Assembly: GCA_964276515.1 (NCBI GenBank)
Contig: OZ193909.1
Span: 4,836,001-4,900,000, forward strand
Direction: 5' to 3'
DNA from: Gordius albopunctatus
Lineage: Eukaryota
DNA length: 64,000 bases
Below, one piece after another: positions 13,499 through 26,000 of this stretch (position 1 is its first letter; each line of letters opens with the position of its first letter). The notes under the pieces are model-generated. The model saw only the letters and a program-made list of their open reading frames with translations. It was not told the DNA's origin and ran no database searches. The position numbers were made by a program, and so were the translations under genes.

Positions 13499-13911
13499 CT
13501 CATATGCGTAGACGTCATTTTTTAGCCAGCGTTTTCTGCGGTGTGAATACTTAATAAACAAATTAAGCGCCCCACTAATCAAACTCTCTAAGATTTTCTG
13601 AGAACTGTTCGATGATTTTAGTTTTTATATACTCTATTTTTTCTTTCATCAACAATAACTCGTAGCGATATTGAATTTCAATGATAATAATAATTTACCG
13701 TCCAATTTGCTGATGAGTGTTTATATTTCAAGGTTAAGATGGGGGTGGGACATAAGACAATTTTTTATTCTTAAAGCTATTTGTATAAAATAAAATTCAA
13801 TATGCAGGGGGGGGCGGTGGCTATGTCCATGAATGTCTCCTTGTGCTTTATAACTTATGGCAAAGACGTTGTACTCGCCGCTATCTATGATATCACCAGC
13901 AACAAAAAGAC

Positions 13912-14228
13912 CCATTAATGTAGAATGGAATTTGTTTCGTATGATGGTAATTTAGGTAGGATTGATAAAATGCAAGGGTGGAAATGGGTTTAAATATTTC
14001 GGTCGTCCAGCAACCATTATCAATAAAAATAAAAGTAAGTTAGAGAGGTGAAAAGGAACGAATGACGAGGTTAAATTAAAATGAGAAGGGGAATCACAAA
14101 TGAAGGTATATATAAGGCGCCGACAAGATTAAATCAATAAAAAGTAAATATTTAAACCCATTTCCACCCTCGCATTTTATCAATCCTAAACGACCATTAT
14201 ACGAAACAAATTCAATTCTACGTAATGG
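13912..14228. repeat. Foldback element or MITE with ~85-bp imperfect inverted arms
   Basis: 13912-13999 is the reverse complement of 14146-14228 (e.g. AGGATTGATAAAATGCAAGGGTGGAAATGGGTTTAAATATTT versus AAATATTTAAACCCATTTCCACCCTCGCATTTTATCAATCCT). Confidence 0.75.
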
Positions 14229-15813
14229 ATTGGTATTACATAATTATACCCATTAATGTATATAAAAAAACTTTAACCCTAAATTTAGGCTCGTTTGTTT
14301 GAGGTCGCTAATAGGCCAAAGGATGAATCAGCTGACTTAATAAAATAGATTCTTATAAAGACCTTTCTAATATAAATAAACAACAATCAATCATCGATTA
14401 ATACTATGCAAATAAATTTTATCTTTGAAAATTTTCTGGTTTGGCTCTCTACAAGTATTTTTTCAATTACAATAAGCTTAAAATTCATTATAAGTGCAAT
14501 ACCAATAGCTTTTAATCAAAGACCTCTTTTTACATTGACAAATTACCCCAGACTTGAAGGCGCCCTCCCTTCTCTTCAACACTAAGAATTAAGTGCGTGT
14601 TGTTTTTTTTGTTGTTGTTTATCTACTCTACCACTACTATCACCAAAACAACAACACGGGATAGTTAATTTTGTATATAATTTAAAAGGTAAATGTGCTA
14701 GGATCAAAAAAATTGTGAATACATTCCTCTCCCATATATCTACGAATTAAATCTATTAAACAAAATTTTTCCCGATTAATTTTCAAGTTATTGACTTTTG
14801 AAAAACGCTAAAATCGCGTTTATGGCTACTTTGACAGCGAATATTTAAAAAACTTGACGTATAAGGGAAAAACTAAAAACATATTTGTGTTCACAGTGAA
14901 AAACTCTACCAGAATCTGCAAATAGTTTGCAGGTTAATTTCACAAAATTATAATATGGAAGGCGCTGCTTTTAATATGTCCTCATCTTCGTTCTTCCATA
15001 ATGCGAAATACTTGAAAAGATTTTTTAAATTAAAAATACGATTGATTGTTGGAATTAATAGCTCGGAAAACGTTTGGAAGATAGGAGAGACAGCCTCTTT
15101 TTCCCAAAAGCGACAGATGAAACTATGGAGATAAATGTTTGAATGTAAAAAAATACGTAAAACAATACTGGTATTTTTGGCATAAGATCATAAACATGAT
15201 TTAACGGAGCAGACAAATCAATGCCTTTAATGAATGCTTTTAAAACACATGCCTAGAATTGAAAAAGCATTATTCAATGTTTTCGTTTATAATTAAATAT
15301 TCTAAAAGGATTCATATAGTTATAAAATGTTATTTAAATTTATAACACCATTAATAAAGTTTTTACCTTCGCCAAAAAATCGCACTTCCCCCCCCCCCCA
15401 AAAAAAAAATTAGGCTAATTTCATAAAAAATTATAAATGATATGAAATACCTTTTTTTGTTAAGATTTTAGTTCTTTTGCTAATGGGGAGTTTTTCTCAT
15501 AAGTTAATTTGGATTCTAAGATTCTTTTAATATGTTGATAGGTTGGTAGATCATAGTTTGCTCAAAAATTAGAATGTCTCCAGTTAAATAAATTCTTTAT
15601 TCTTTCCCAATACTTACTACTTTTATTTATTATTCCTGTAGGGTATTGCAAGTTTTCTTCTGCTAAAACTTTAACAACTAATAAAAACTGAGCCGAGTCA
15701 GTTATGTTAGAAATATTTTTGTCAATTTTCGTGTCAAATTGGTCTTCGCTTATTATTCCATTGCCACGAAATGTGGAAATTTATTAAAAACCTAACAGCC
15801 ATTACATCAATGA

Positions 15814-16147
15814 CTAGATGAACCCGGCAAACGTTGTTTTGCCATTTACCCGGGGGGTGTATTAAATTATGATGGAATTTTAGGGCATATATGATGATAA
15901 AGCGGTTATTGAAGTAAAAATAAAGTTTGATGTCGTCTATATGTTTTACTTCTATTGTTCTATTTCCGTATACAGTGAAACGCGTTCGAATACTCGAAAA
16001 CTACTGGACCGATTTGACTCAAACAAATCTTAAAACATGCTCCGGAGTGTCGGAAATAAACTGTGAAATTTTGAGGCAAATCGGTCTGGTAGTTTTATAA
16101 AATTGGTGGCGGCATACACACACATAGTTTCATTTTTATATATAAGA
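15814..16147 (-). mobile_element. Short non-autonomous Helitron
   Basis: Minus strand begins A|TCTTATATATAAAAATG and ends with hairpin GGCAAAACAACGTTTGCC followed by CTAG|T; A/T target and no TSD. Confidence 0.88.
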
Positions 16148-17044
16148 TTAAGACCTTTTTGGCATTATAAATGTTTCTTTTTAATTTTATGGCTAAGGCA
16201 ATGTGGTAATTATTTATAGCATCATAACTAAATTAAGTATTCATGATTTTCAAACATTCCTTTGGTCAGTTTCTTAGACAAGCATAAATTTATTCCTTCC
16301 AACCTCACGGTATTAGTTTAGTGACGATTTCTTACATTTCCAAAAGGATCAAGTTATAGTTCCAGTTTCGTTAAAAGTTTTTATTTATCAAATATTTGTC
16401 CAATGAATTTATATTATGTAAAGTTTTTTAGAATTTATCTACAATAAATAACCATTTGACGTTAACGATATTTAAATTAAAATTGGGAGTTGAATATACA
16501 AATTTTTACTGCTAAAAAATCTTTCACTTGGTACATTAGGGGTAATAATTACTTTATATCTCATAATATAAGAAAGTTACGTATAAAAGAACTTAAGCAA
16601 ATATAAGTATTTGACATAATGGCGTCTAAAGCCAAATTTATATCTTCCCTTACAGAAAATCCCTGCATATAGGTTCCCAAGCTTAAAAAGAGGAGAAGCA
16701 ATTCGTGATAAAATTCCTATTTTGTACGTAAACCATTCCAGGTTTAGGTCGTCATATCTCATATGTTGATTTTGTAAATTGTCCTTAAATTAAAACTGAG
16801 TTATTTTAAAAATAAACGACGATTTTTTTTAATTGAGTAACTGACAATTAGCTAGGCGATTTGCTATTTAACTACCTCATAGGCTAATTTATTTATTTAA
16901 TAATAAAGTTCAATATTATTTATATATATACGTTTGTCATTTGATAATAGTAATAAGGACATAGCCTGATTAGACAGATATTTTTAAAATATCATCTATT
17001 GATATCAGCATCATTTGATAAAAACTAAAAAGTGTACGTTTTTG

Positions 17045-17221
17045 CATGGGCGTGGCCAAGGGGGGGGGGGGGCAGGGAGGGGCGGCTGCCCCCTCCCCCT
17101 TAATCCAAAAATTTGTTGATATTTATTAAAATCATGGGTAAAATTTAAAAAATCATAATCTCGCGCCTCCCTAAATTATTATTATTGCCCCCCTCTAATT
17201 CCAATGCTGGCTACCCTGATG
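17045..17221. mobile_element. hAT-type MITE (CATGGGCGTAGCCA terminus, poly-G tract)
   Basis: Inverted homolog of 22249-22416; the same terminus is seen at 36603-37012, which has a clean 8-bp TSD. Confidence 0.65.
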
Positions 17222-17299
17222 AATAATAGATCACTAAACCTTAAACTTACTTTGTTCTTTGCGCAGGTGCAGGAAAAATGATTAGTAGAACGATTTTAA

Positions 17300-18859
17300 C
17301 ACTCCGTTGGCTAGGTGGGGTCAATAAAACCCCAAGCGGTTTATAAATGTTGTACAAATTAAGTTAGTGATTGTTATAATTACATTTTTTCAGTAGCTTA
17401 ATAAAATTTATCCTAGAATATCTCTACAAATATTGGCTTGTTTTGTTATAATCCAATAGTTTTTAAGATATAGAGTGTTTTGGATGCCCAGGGTCCTCCA
17501 GGACCCCACCTTCCAAAATATTAAACAAAATTGAATTTATTATCAAAAACCATTATTCTTAACCTATTTGTAAAGAAAATTTTTATAAACATTTTATTTG
17601 AGATATTTATATTTTAAACATAGATTTTAACATGTTTATTTTTTCTTGTGGTATTTCAAAGTGCTCATTTGTGTAAATTTTCATGTCTAACATTAAAAAG
17701 TGCTATATATATATATATTATTTTTTGTCTGAAAATGGTATATAAATATAAAAATATAACATTTTATCAAGTTGTAATAAATAAATAAACACTATATATT
17801 AGTTTGAGGAGTTTATACCTTATAGTAAATATAAATATTATTGTAGCTTAGGATTAAATAGACTAAAAAATCAGATTAGTAAACTTATATGTCTGTTTAT
17901 AAAGTAACTGAATTAAAACTTTATTGTTAATTTAAAACAAATCAAATTTGATATTTCATATGTGTATGAATAAAGTGTCATTTTATGAAAAATTCAGTGT
18001 TTTTATAGCCCTACATAATGTTTTAAGATATTACATGAAGATTAATTTCATATTCTCTAATTTAACCTTCTACGATTTATTTTTATTGTAAAAATATAAA
18101 ACTAGTTGAAAAATTATTTTAAAAATGTATCAATAAGAAAAGAAAACTTTCTGTCTCAAAAAATAAAGGGTCAAAATTTGCTTTAGTTTAGAGAACTCTA
18201 TTTTTATATTTTGAGGTTTTTTTAAGCCAAATGTAAAAAAGCATGAACATTTGGTAGCAATGTTCATTTATAAACTAACTTTTTTATACTTTATCTTTTC
18301 AAACTAAAAAAATTTAATTTTAAACTAACAAAACATGTAGGAAATCTCATTTTTTACACAAAATTCACTATTTTTAGAGCCTCATAAAATATTTGATTTA
18401 AGATTTTATGATTAGATTTTTTTAGAAAAATAATGGCTTAGAACAGTAGTAATTTTTTGCCCTAAAAATATAGGGCCAAAAATTTCCTAAGTTTGGACAT
18501 CTCTATTATTTTTGTTTTTAGTTTTTTTTATGCCAAATTTTTTTATAGTTTTAGCTCCAACCTTATTTTATATGATGTTATAAATTAAATTATGTAATTG
18601 GAGGGAAAAAAATTGTTATGAATAAATAGTCACATAGGGGGAAATTTTGGGGCTTGCACTAATTGTAATTATAAAATTATAACCCCTTGTTCAATACCCA
18701 AAGTAATATATCAATTTACAGATAAGAGTTGTAATATTATACTTTTAAAATTTGAAAAGTTTATATTACAATACAACAAAGTTATAGCTATTTAAAGTTT
18801 GGGGTTTTTATGATCCCCTTTACAATCCGTGTTAGGATTTTGACCTGGCGAACGGAGTG
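17300..18859. mobile_element. Non-autonomous piggyBac-type element (1560 bp)
   Basis: TTAA|CACTCCGTTGGCTAGGT ... ACCTGGCGAACGGAGTG|TTAA: TIRs plus TTAA duplication; no coding capacity seen. Confidence 0.85.
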
Positions 18860-20099
18860 TTAAATGTCCTAAACAAAAATTTAAAACCATCTTAATAGAT
18901 GAAGATGTTTTTTATAGGTCCAAATCCAAAGCTTATTTTAAATTTTACGCTTCTGAAAATTTTGTAGGTCTATTCTATCAGATGAAGATGCCATTGAATT
19001 TTTGCATTTTGCTAATGGACAAATTTTTCCTGCCTCATACGAAAAGTATTGCATTTTTTCACTTTTCTATTTGAACCTTACAATAAGTTAAATTTAGTCA
19101 TAGCAAAAATTTATAAGCGACTAAATTCTAAAAAATCCTCCAAGCTCTGCATCAAATATTAATTTTTTTACCCAACTTAATTGATACTAGAGAGTTTTTA
19201 AATTCAAATATGTCGAACTTTATTTGTTACAAATAAAGGTTAAAAAGTAACATTTTGGCTAAACAAATACGCCATTTCAAAGGACCAATCGCGTTGAAGC
19301 ATTTTTTCCGATAAAAACATTAGTTTCCATTAGTAAAATTATATGTTGAAGCCCATATAAATTAAATATGTATAAGGTATTTATAAAAAGTTATATAATT
19401 TAATAGGAATTTTACACACTTTAATACGTTTTTACATAAACTTTATAAAAGAATCGCTTTAGGAAGTAGATCCTGGTTACTAGCGCGGAGTGTTACAAAT
19501 TTATCTGCGCTTGCGCCTAGAGGAAACGTTCAATAATCATATTTACCTACTCCATTACTGCTGATGAAATACCCTAATCGGCTCTTCGATTGAAAATCTA
19601 AAGTAAAATAAAATTTAAAGCATCCACCGTGTGAAAAAATATTTAATTCTACGAAATAAGTAATTATATAAACTTATTGTTTTATTTTAATGACCGCCTC
19701 AAAATTGTTAGTTTTATATAAATCACTCCCTAAAAACGGGTGGCATATGGTTTAAATAGCATTAAGCTCAATTCCGAACATGAAGTAATTCTGCAATAAT
19801 CCACAGCATTTAAAATTGCTAATTTTGCATAAGTTGGAATATTTCTTAACGTATTATATCAAAGGAAAAAGGTAGTTTAGGTGACATGCAATATACATTT
19901 TATTCATAACAAAAATGTCAATAGCACCGTACTATCTCACAGTTAATTAATTTTAGATATTTATTAAAATTGAGGAAGGTCACCTGAATACGAATGTTTA
20001 TGGTGTGGATAGATAGGATAATAGAAATCTTAATTATCCGCCATTTTTATATACAAAACACGCATGCGCAGATGTAATATATTTTTTACATTTGTTAGT

Positions 20100-23000
20100 A
20101 TGATGGCATTTGACGTAGAAGAGGGTGAGATAACAGGGGAATCAGAACCCGAATCCGAAATATACCATGAGGGTGGTGGCACACATAAAAGTAGGCCCTA
20201 AATTTCATTTTTAATCCTAATGTTTATTTCTTCGTTGCGTTTTAAGGTTACAGAGCAAACGCTCACTCTACTTCCCCTAACATCCCCCTTAGTAAACAAC
20301 GACTGGGAAAGAATTTAGATCGTAGTACAAATAAAATCATGGAAACCTTGTCCTCTAATATTAATTCTCCCCCAACAACTCTTCCTCTAGTTATAAGCCC
20401 CACTAAAAATGAGCAAAGCGCATTCCATATTAACAACGAGGAAGAAATTAATCCCGATAAAAAATGGCGTAAAAGATCGCGATGGTCCGATGATATGACA
20501 CCTAGTAAAGAAACATCTCATCAAAATCGCCGCAGCAAGGATAAATGTGATAGAGAACCTGTATCTTATGAGGATCAATCATCTAACGATACATGCAAAA
20601 GAAAATTAGATGAATATTCATCATCCCCACCCCATCATAGCACTACTTCCCCATCTAAATCGGGACAACTTTACCCAAATAAACGGGGCGGAAAGGTTTT
20701 TTTTATAGAGAAACATTTTATTTTGTTTGATATTTAATAGATTACGCAAAAACTCATGCTAACTACATTTTATTTATAGTTTCACGGTGGAGGACCCCCG
20801 AAATATTTTGATTTAGATCAAGTTCCAGACGGGGAGGATATTGATTGGCCTATAGGCGGGGGAAAAAAGGCGGACGACACTAGTCGGTCTCCTGCTAGTG
20901 TAGTGAAAAAACAAAAAATTACCAAAGATTACGGTCGCGACAACACATATGAGCATCGCAAAAGGGGGAATAATAACATTTTCGAAGAGGATTTTGATAA
21001 GCAGTTGAGATTAGCTCAAAAACAAGTAATTTCTTCTAATAATCCCCTTAAAATTCCACCATCCCCCTCCCTTCCTTCTACCCTCTCTCCCTGTGGTTTA
21101 TTTCTAAAGCGAGGTGTGGTCGACATTATCGATCGGCGGTTTGTTTGCACGTGCAAATGGGCGCCATTTTTAAAATTGGTTAGCCATGCGAAATAACGTG
21201 GCATTATTTAGTGTAAACTGGTTGGGGTAAAACTACATGTTATAGTACTTTGAAGGGTTAAATTTTAATGACTCAAGTTTTTAGAGCAAATTAATTAGTA
21301 TCCTTAAATGGGTCATATTAAAAGTTTCAGAACAAAGGCTCTATGCCAGTTCATTAATTTAAAGTATTTTAGCATGTATCATACACAATTATTTGGAAAT
21401 AAAACAGTTAAAAAAATACATGTTATTAATTTATAAAAACTTTGGAATACACAGCATATTCCAATTTAGCATGAAATATGCACAAATTTAATATTAGAAT
21501 ACATAATAATTTACTAAAGGAGACATTAAGAATTTCTTTTGTGATGATGGCCTAATTAGTTAAAACTTAAACAAATCTATGCTATGATAACAATTACTTT
21601 AAATAAAACATCAACTATAGTAATGTAATATTCAAAATTTTTGCAATAAAGACAATTCAATTATATTGTTATACTTCCATTAAGTGTTTTAAATATTGCT
21701 TTTTGCAAATATAGAATTCTTAAGTTATCTAATTCATAATAAACAGATTCTTCAACTGTACATATATACTTTAAAATAATGCCAAATTATTTGATATTAA
21801 AGCTCAGTAGTTATTAGTATATAATCATTCTCCTCTATGTCAATGACTATCAAAGTATAAACTATTAATTGTTATTATCAATAGGCATTTGGTTTGCCAG
21901 AGGAAGAGGATGATGTGAGAGAAGAGGATGATTTAGATGATGATGGTAGGAGCAGTAAAACTAATAGTAGAGATGCTGAAAATCCATTCCCATGTGCTCA
22001 TCCTTACACCGCACGAGATCAACAACAAAACTCTACATTTAAAGAAGGAGGTGGTGGTCCTAAAAGGCCTGCTGCTGGGCGCAGGGAGGGTAGATCTAGC
22101 CAAAATAATTTTAGGTCTAAGCCATTCAATAATAATCGAGGTCGAGATCGTTTTCATCGAGGTGGTCAGGCCCCTCGGGCTCAGGTAAATGGCCAAATCT
22201 TTAAAAAGCTAATTTGAGATTTGTATTTTGGGTTTTAAAACCTTTAACCATGGGCGTAGCCAGCATTAGGATTCGAGGGCGCAATAATGATTTAGGGAGG
22301 GTAAAATAATAATTTTTTGAAATTTTAGCCATAATTATAATAATTTTAAACAAATTTTTGGATATAGAGAAAGGCAGCCGCCCCTCCCTGCCCTCTCCCC
22401 TTTGGCTACTCCCATGTCTGTAACTCACCTTATTTTGGCTCGGCAGTCAACGATTAAGCTTTATAATTATATGACTAAGATATGTCTTAATTTGGGATTC
22501 ACATTCGAATTGGGCTTAGGTAAATTAAAAACTCACGTTCTTTTGAATTAAACAAAATACTTTAAATTTTGATAGCCTTGTTTCAAGGCGTTGTAAATAT
22601 AATTATTCACATAGGTTCCTAAATATTAACGCTAAAATAGAATACGAACATATGAGGAACTAAGTATAGTTTTTGTAAATTTCTGCTGCTCGGCGTTATG
22701 TATACAATATCTTTGACACAACATAAATCTTTATTTCCAGTCTCAGTCTTCAACCAAATACAGAGGAGCTAACAACAGGTCCGACAATAGAAGGGGTGGG
22801 GCTAGAGGGGGTCAGAGAAGACCCTATCGAGATACAGATGCTGGGGGCAATTATGGTGGTTCTGGTCATAGGTCGGAAGAGAGACGCAATAACTCCAATA
22901 AGAAATTTGGTAACAAGAATAATGGATCTCGCGAGAAAATTGTCAGTAATCCCCCTAAAATGGTCTGCAAATTTTACGCCGAAGGTCGATGTTCTAAGGT

Positions 23001-26000
23001 TAGATTTAAATATAAAGAAAAAAATTTGTACTCACCCTTTGAAATTTCTTTTCACAACTTACACTCGGTTTTATTAAGTTTTTCCAACTTAATGAAATAT
23101 CTAAAATAAGCAAGCGAAATTTTATAAACCCAAAATCGTCTGCTTCTATTATAAATTACTATTTTCATGCGAAGTTAGGTAAGGAAGGTTGGTTCGATTA
23201 AAATATTAATTAATTCTATTGCAAAGTGAATATTAACTCAACTTTTGTGTTTAAATCTCCCATCAAGTTGTTTGGTTTATTTAGTTATAGCTTTTATAAA
23301 TTGATTATTTCGATTTTTATGTCTAAAATGTTTTTGAAACATACACGCAGGGCCAAGAATGCAACTTCAGCCACGATACCAAACTGAATTACAAGCAAGA
23401 GGTTTGCAAATATTACGTGCAAAATACGTGCACCAAAGGGGACAACTGCGTTTTCATGCATTGTAAGTCTTTTAACTCTGTCCAGCTTTTTTAATTTCTA
23501 TGCAATTTATCGGCTCGCTTTCATTATTTACGACTAATTTCTTTACTTACATAATTAATAGATTCACCCATTAACCCCCCCTCTAATTCAAATACTGTTT
23601 ACACCAATGTATACCTCTGTGAAAAAGTTCTTTGGCCAATTGAATACAAATCTTTTTAAATAAAGTTGAAGTTTCTGTTTAGGATGTATACTGTAATTCC
23701 GCTAACTTGCTATTTGCTTGTTCAGAAATAAAGGGCAAAATTTACAAAAGTCGTATATATGTTGTATATAACAGCTAAACAGCTTAAGGTGCCAACTTTG
23801 ATGTTTAAGAAAAAATTAGGAGAAAGCAACTATGAATATTTCAAATTTGAAAAAATGAATAGATTTATTTTAATATAAATATTAGAAGACTTCGCCTAGG
23901 TCTTAAGTACTAAGAAATTAGTGTTTAGATCTTAATATATTCATTTTTTTACTTTAGCTGAATTCCCTTGCAAATACTTTCACAGCGGGAGCCAATGTTA
24001 CGCGGGCGATAATTGCAAATTCTCTCACGACGTTTTATCCAGCGATAACGCCGAGCTTTTGCAAAAAGTAGTTCTTTCCTTTCTATTTACAATAAACTTT
24101 TTTTCGTCAATTAATTTTTTCAATACCATCATACCTTAGACAGCATAAAAAGCTTTATAATGAGCCTCGTGCGATCTTTTGCCTTTAAAAGTGAAAAAAA
24201 TTTCTAATGAGATTTATTTTACAATTTATCTTTTCAACAATTTAAGCTAAACATCTTTTCGCATCTAAGGGTTATAGGTTACAAATTTAGAAATCATCAT
24301 TTTAGCCTTTTCTTAAACCTTAACCTAACTATCATTTTTTTCTGCACGTTATATCAGGCTCTTAATCCTCCTAACCACAATCAGCACCAAAGTTACAGCA
24401 ACGAGGACCCCTTAAAGCTTGGCAATTCACCACCCAATAATCGATCTCACGATACCTCCGACCTCTTCGGAGATGAGGACTTTGAAGCAGATACCACTAA
24501 CACCCACGATAAAGACGCTCATAACAATTCCAAAGAAAACCAATCTTTTAAGTATACACGATTGATCAATTCTTACCCTATATAGTTATGGTTTTTTCTA
24601 TCTGCTAAATTTTTTTAATTATAACTTAGTTTGAATGTTGGGTTATTTCAATCTTGTATCTCTTTTTATTTCCCTAAACTGTGTAGATGTTGTGTCGGGT
24701 GCGCTCATGCTTAGCTGATTCATAATGTTGAATTAAAATTTAGACCTTATGGGTACACATTAAACAAAACTTTGTCTTACAATTTTATGAAGTTTCACGC
24801 TTTAAAACACAATTTTTGCTATTGGGGACATAAAAATAGGTTTTTTACACTATTAATAGATATACAAAATTAATTATTACTTAAAAAATGTAATTTTTTT
24901 CTTTCCTCAAAAATTCAACTTTATATCAAAGGTTAAATTTTGACATAAAACGCTTGCAACATACCTCCGGGCCTAAAAGAATTCGTTTCAGCACTTTTTC
25001 TATTTAATCCATCTACAAGCATAAAGTTAAAGTTTAGATTTAAAAAAATTATAATATATTTCTAAACGCCCAGACACAACTTTTATTCTGACCCGACCGG
25101 GGTGGGTTCGGGTTGTGATCTCAATTCTTCTCGCGACAATGAATCTTCCCTGTTTGGAGAGGGAAGCGAAACTGAGCGAGACCCACTGATCAGTCCCCCT
25201 TCCAAACACACGACCCCCGTGAAAGTTGAGGCCTTGGATAATAATGAATTCAACCAATCGGAACGAAAGACAACGCCACCCAAAGCGTTTGCCGAAAAAA
25301 TTTTAGACGGAAAAGATGCTGTGAAAAAAGTTGAAACAGAGGAGAACCCCGTTGAAGGACCTAGTGCTGATAATGGTAAATCTGCGCTCTAGCTAAAATT
25401 AAAGTTTGCTATTGAACGGATGTCTTTAATTATGAGGGCTGTACAACCAAGAAATGCAATTTCTTTGACAACCGACTTTAAATATTAATTGCGTTGAGAT
25501 CTAAAGAGGGGGGGGGGCAAAAAGTTAGGTAAGGGGTTAGGGATAGTTAAGATGATAATTTGTTTAAAAAAATTAGGATTTACTTTGGCATACTGCCCAT
25601 TATGTTGTTGTTGATCTTTTAACAATATCGTCCTTACCATTTATATTGGAAATTGTCTTAATATAATTTATTATAAAATTTTCTATTTATAAATACTCTC
25701 AATTTATTTCCTCTAAGATGAGCAATCTGGCGACGAAAGCGATGATGAAGAAGACTACAAACCCGTCCCCATGGCGAATTTCCTATCTCAATTGAGAGAG
25801 GTAAGGCTGTAGTTTATATCTTGGCAGTTCTCAAATTTCTCATATGTCACGCAGTTATGTTAAATTTGTTAACGAAAGGATCAATTCACTTAATTTACTA
25901 ATAACCACATGTTTGTATTTATAAAATTGCTCATTTTCTTTCATTAAACTTGCTTTTTATGTAAAAAAGCATGCAAATTGTATAATGTTTCATGTACAAT

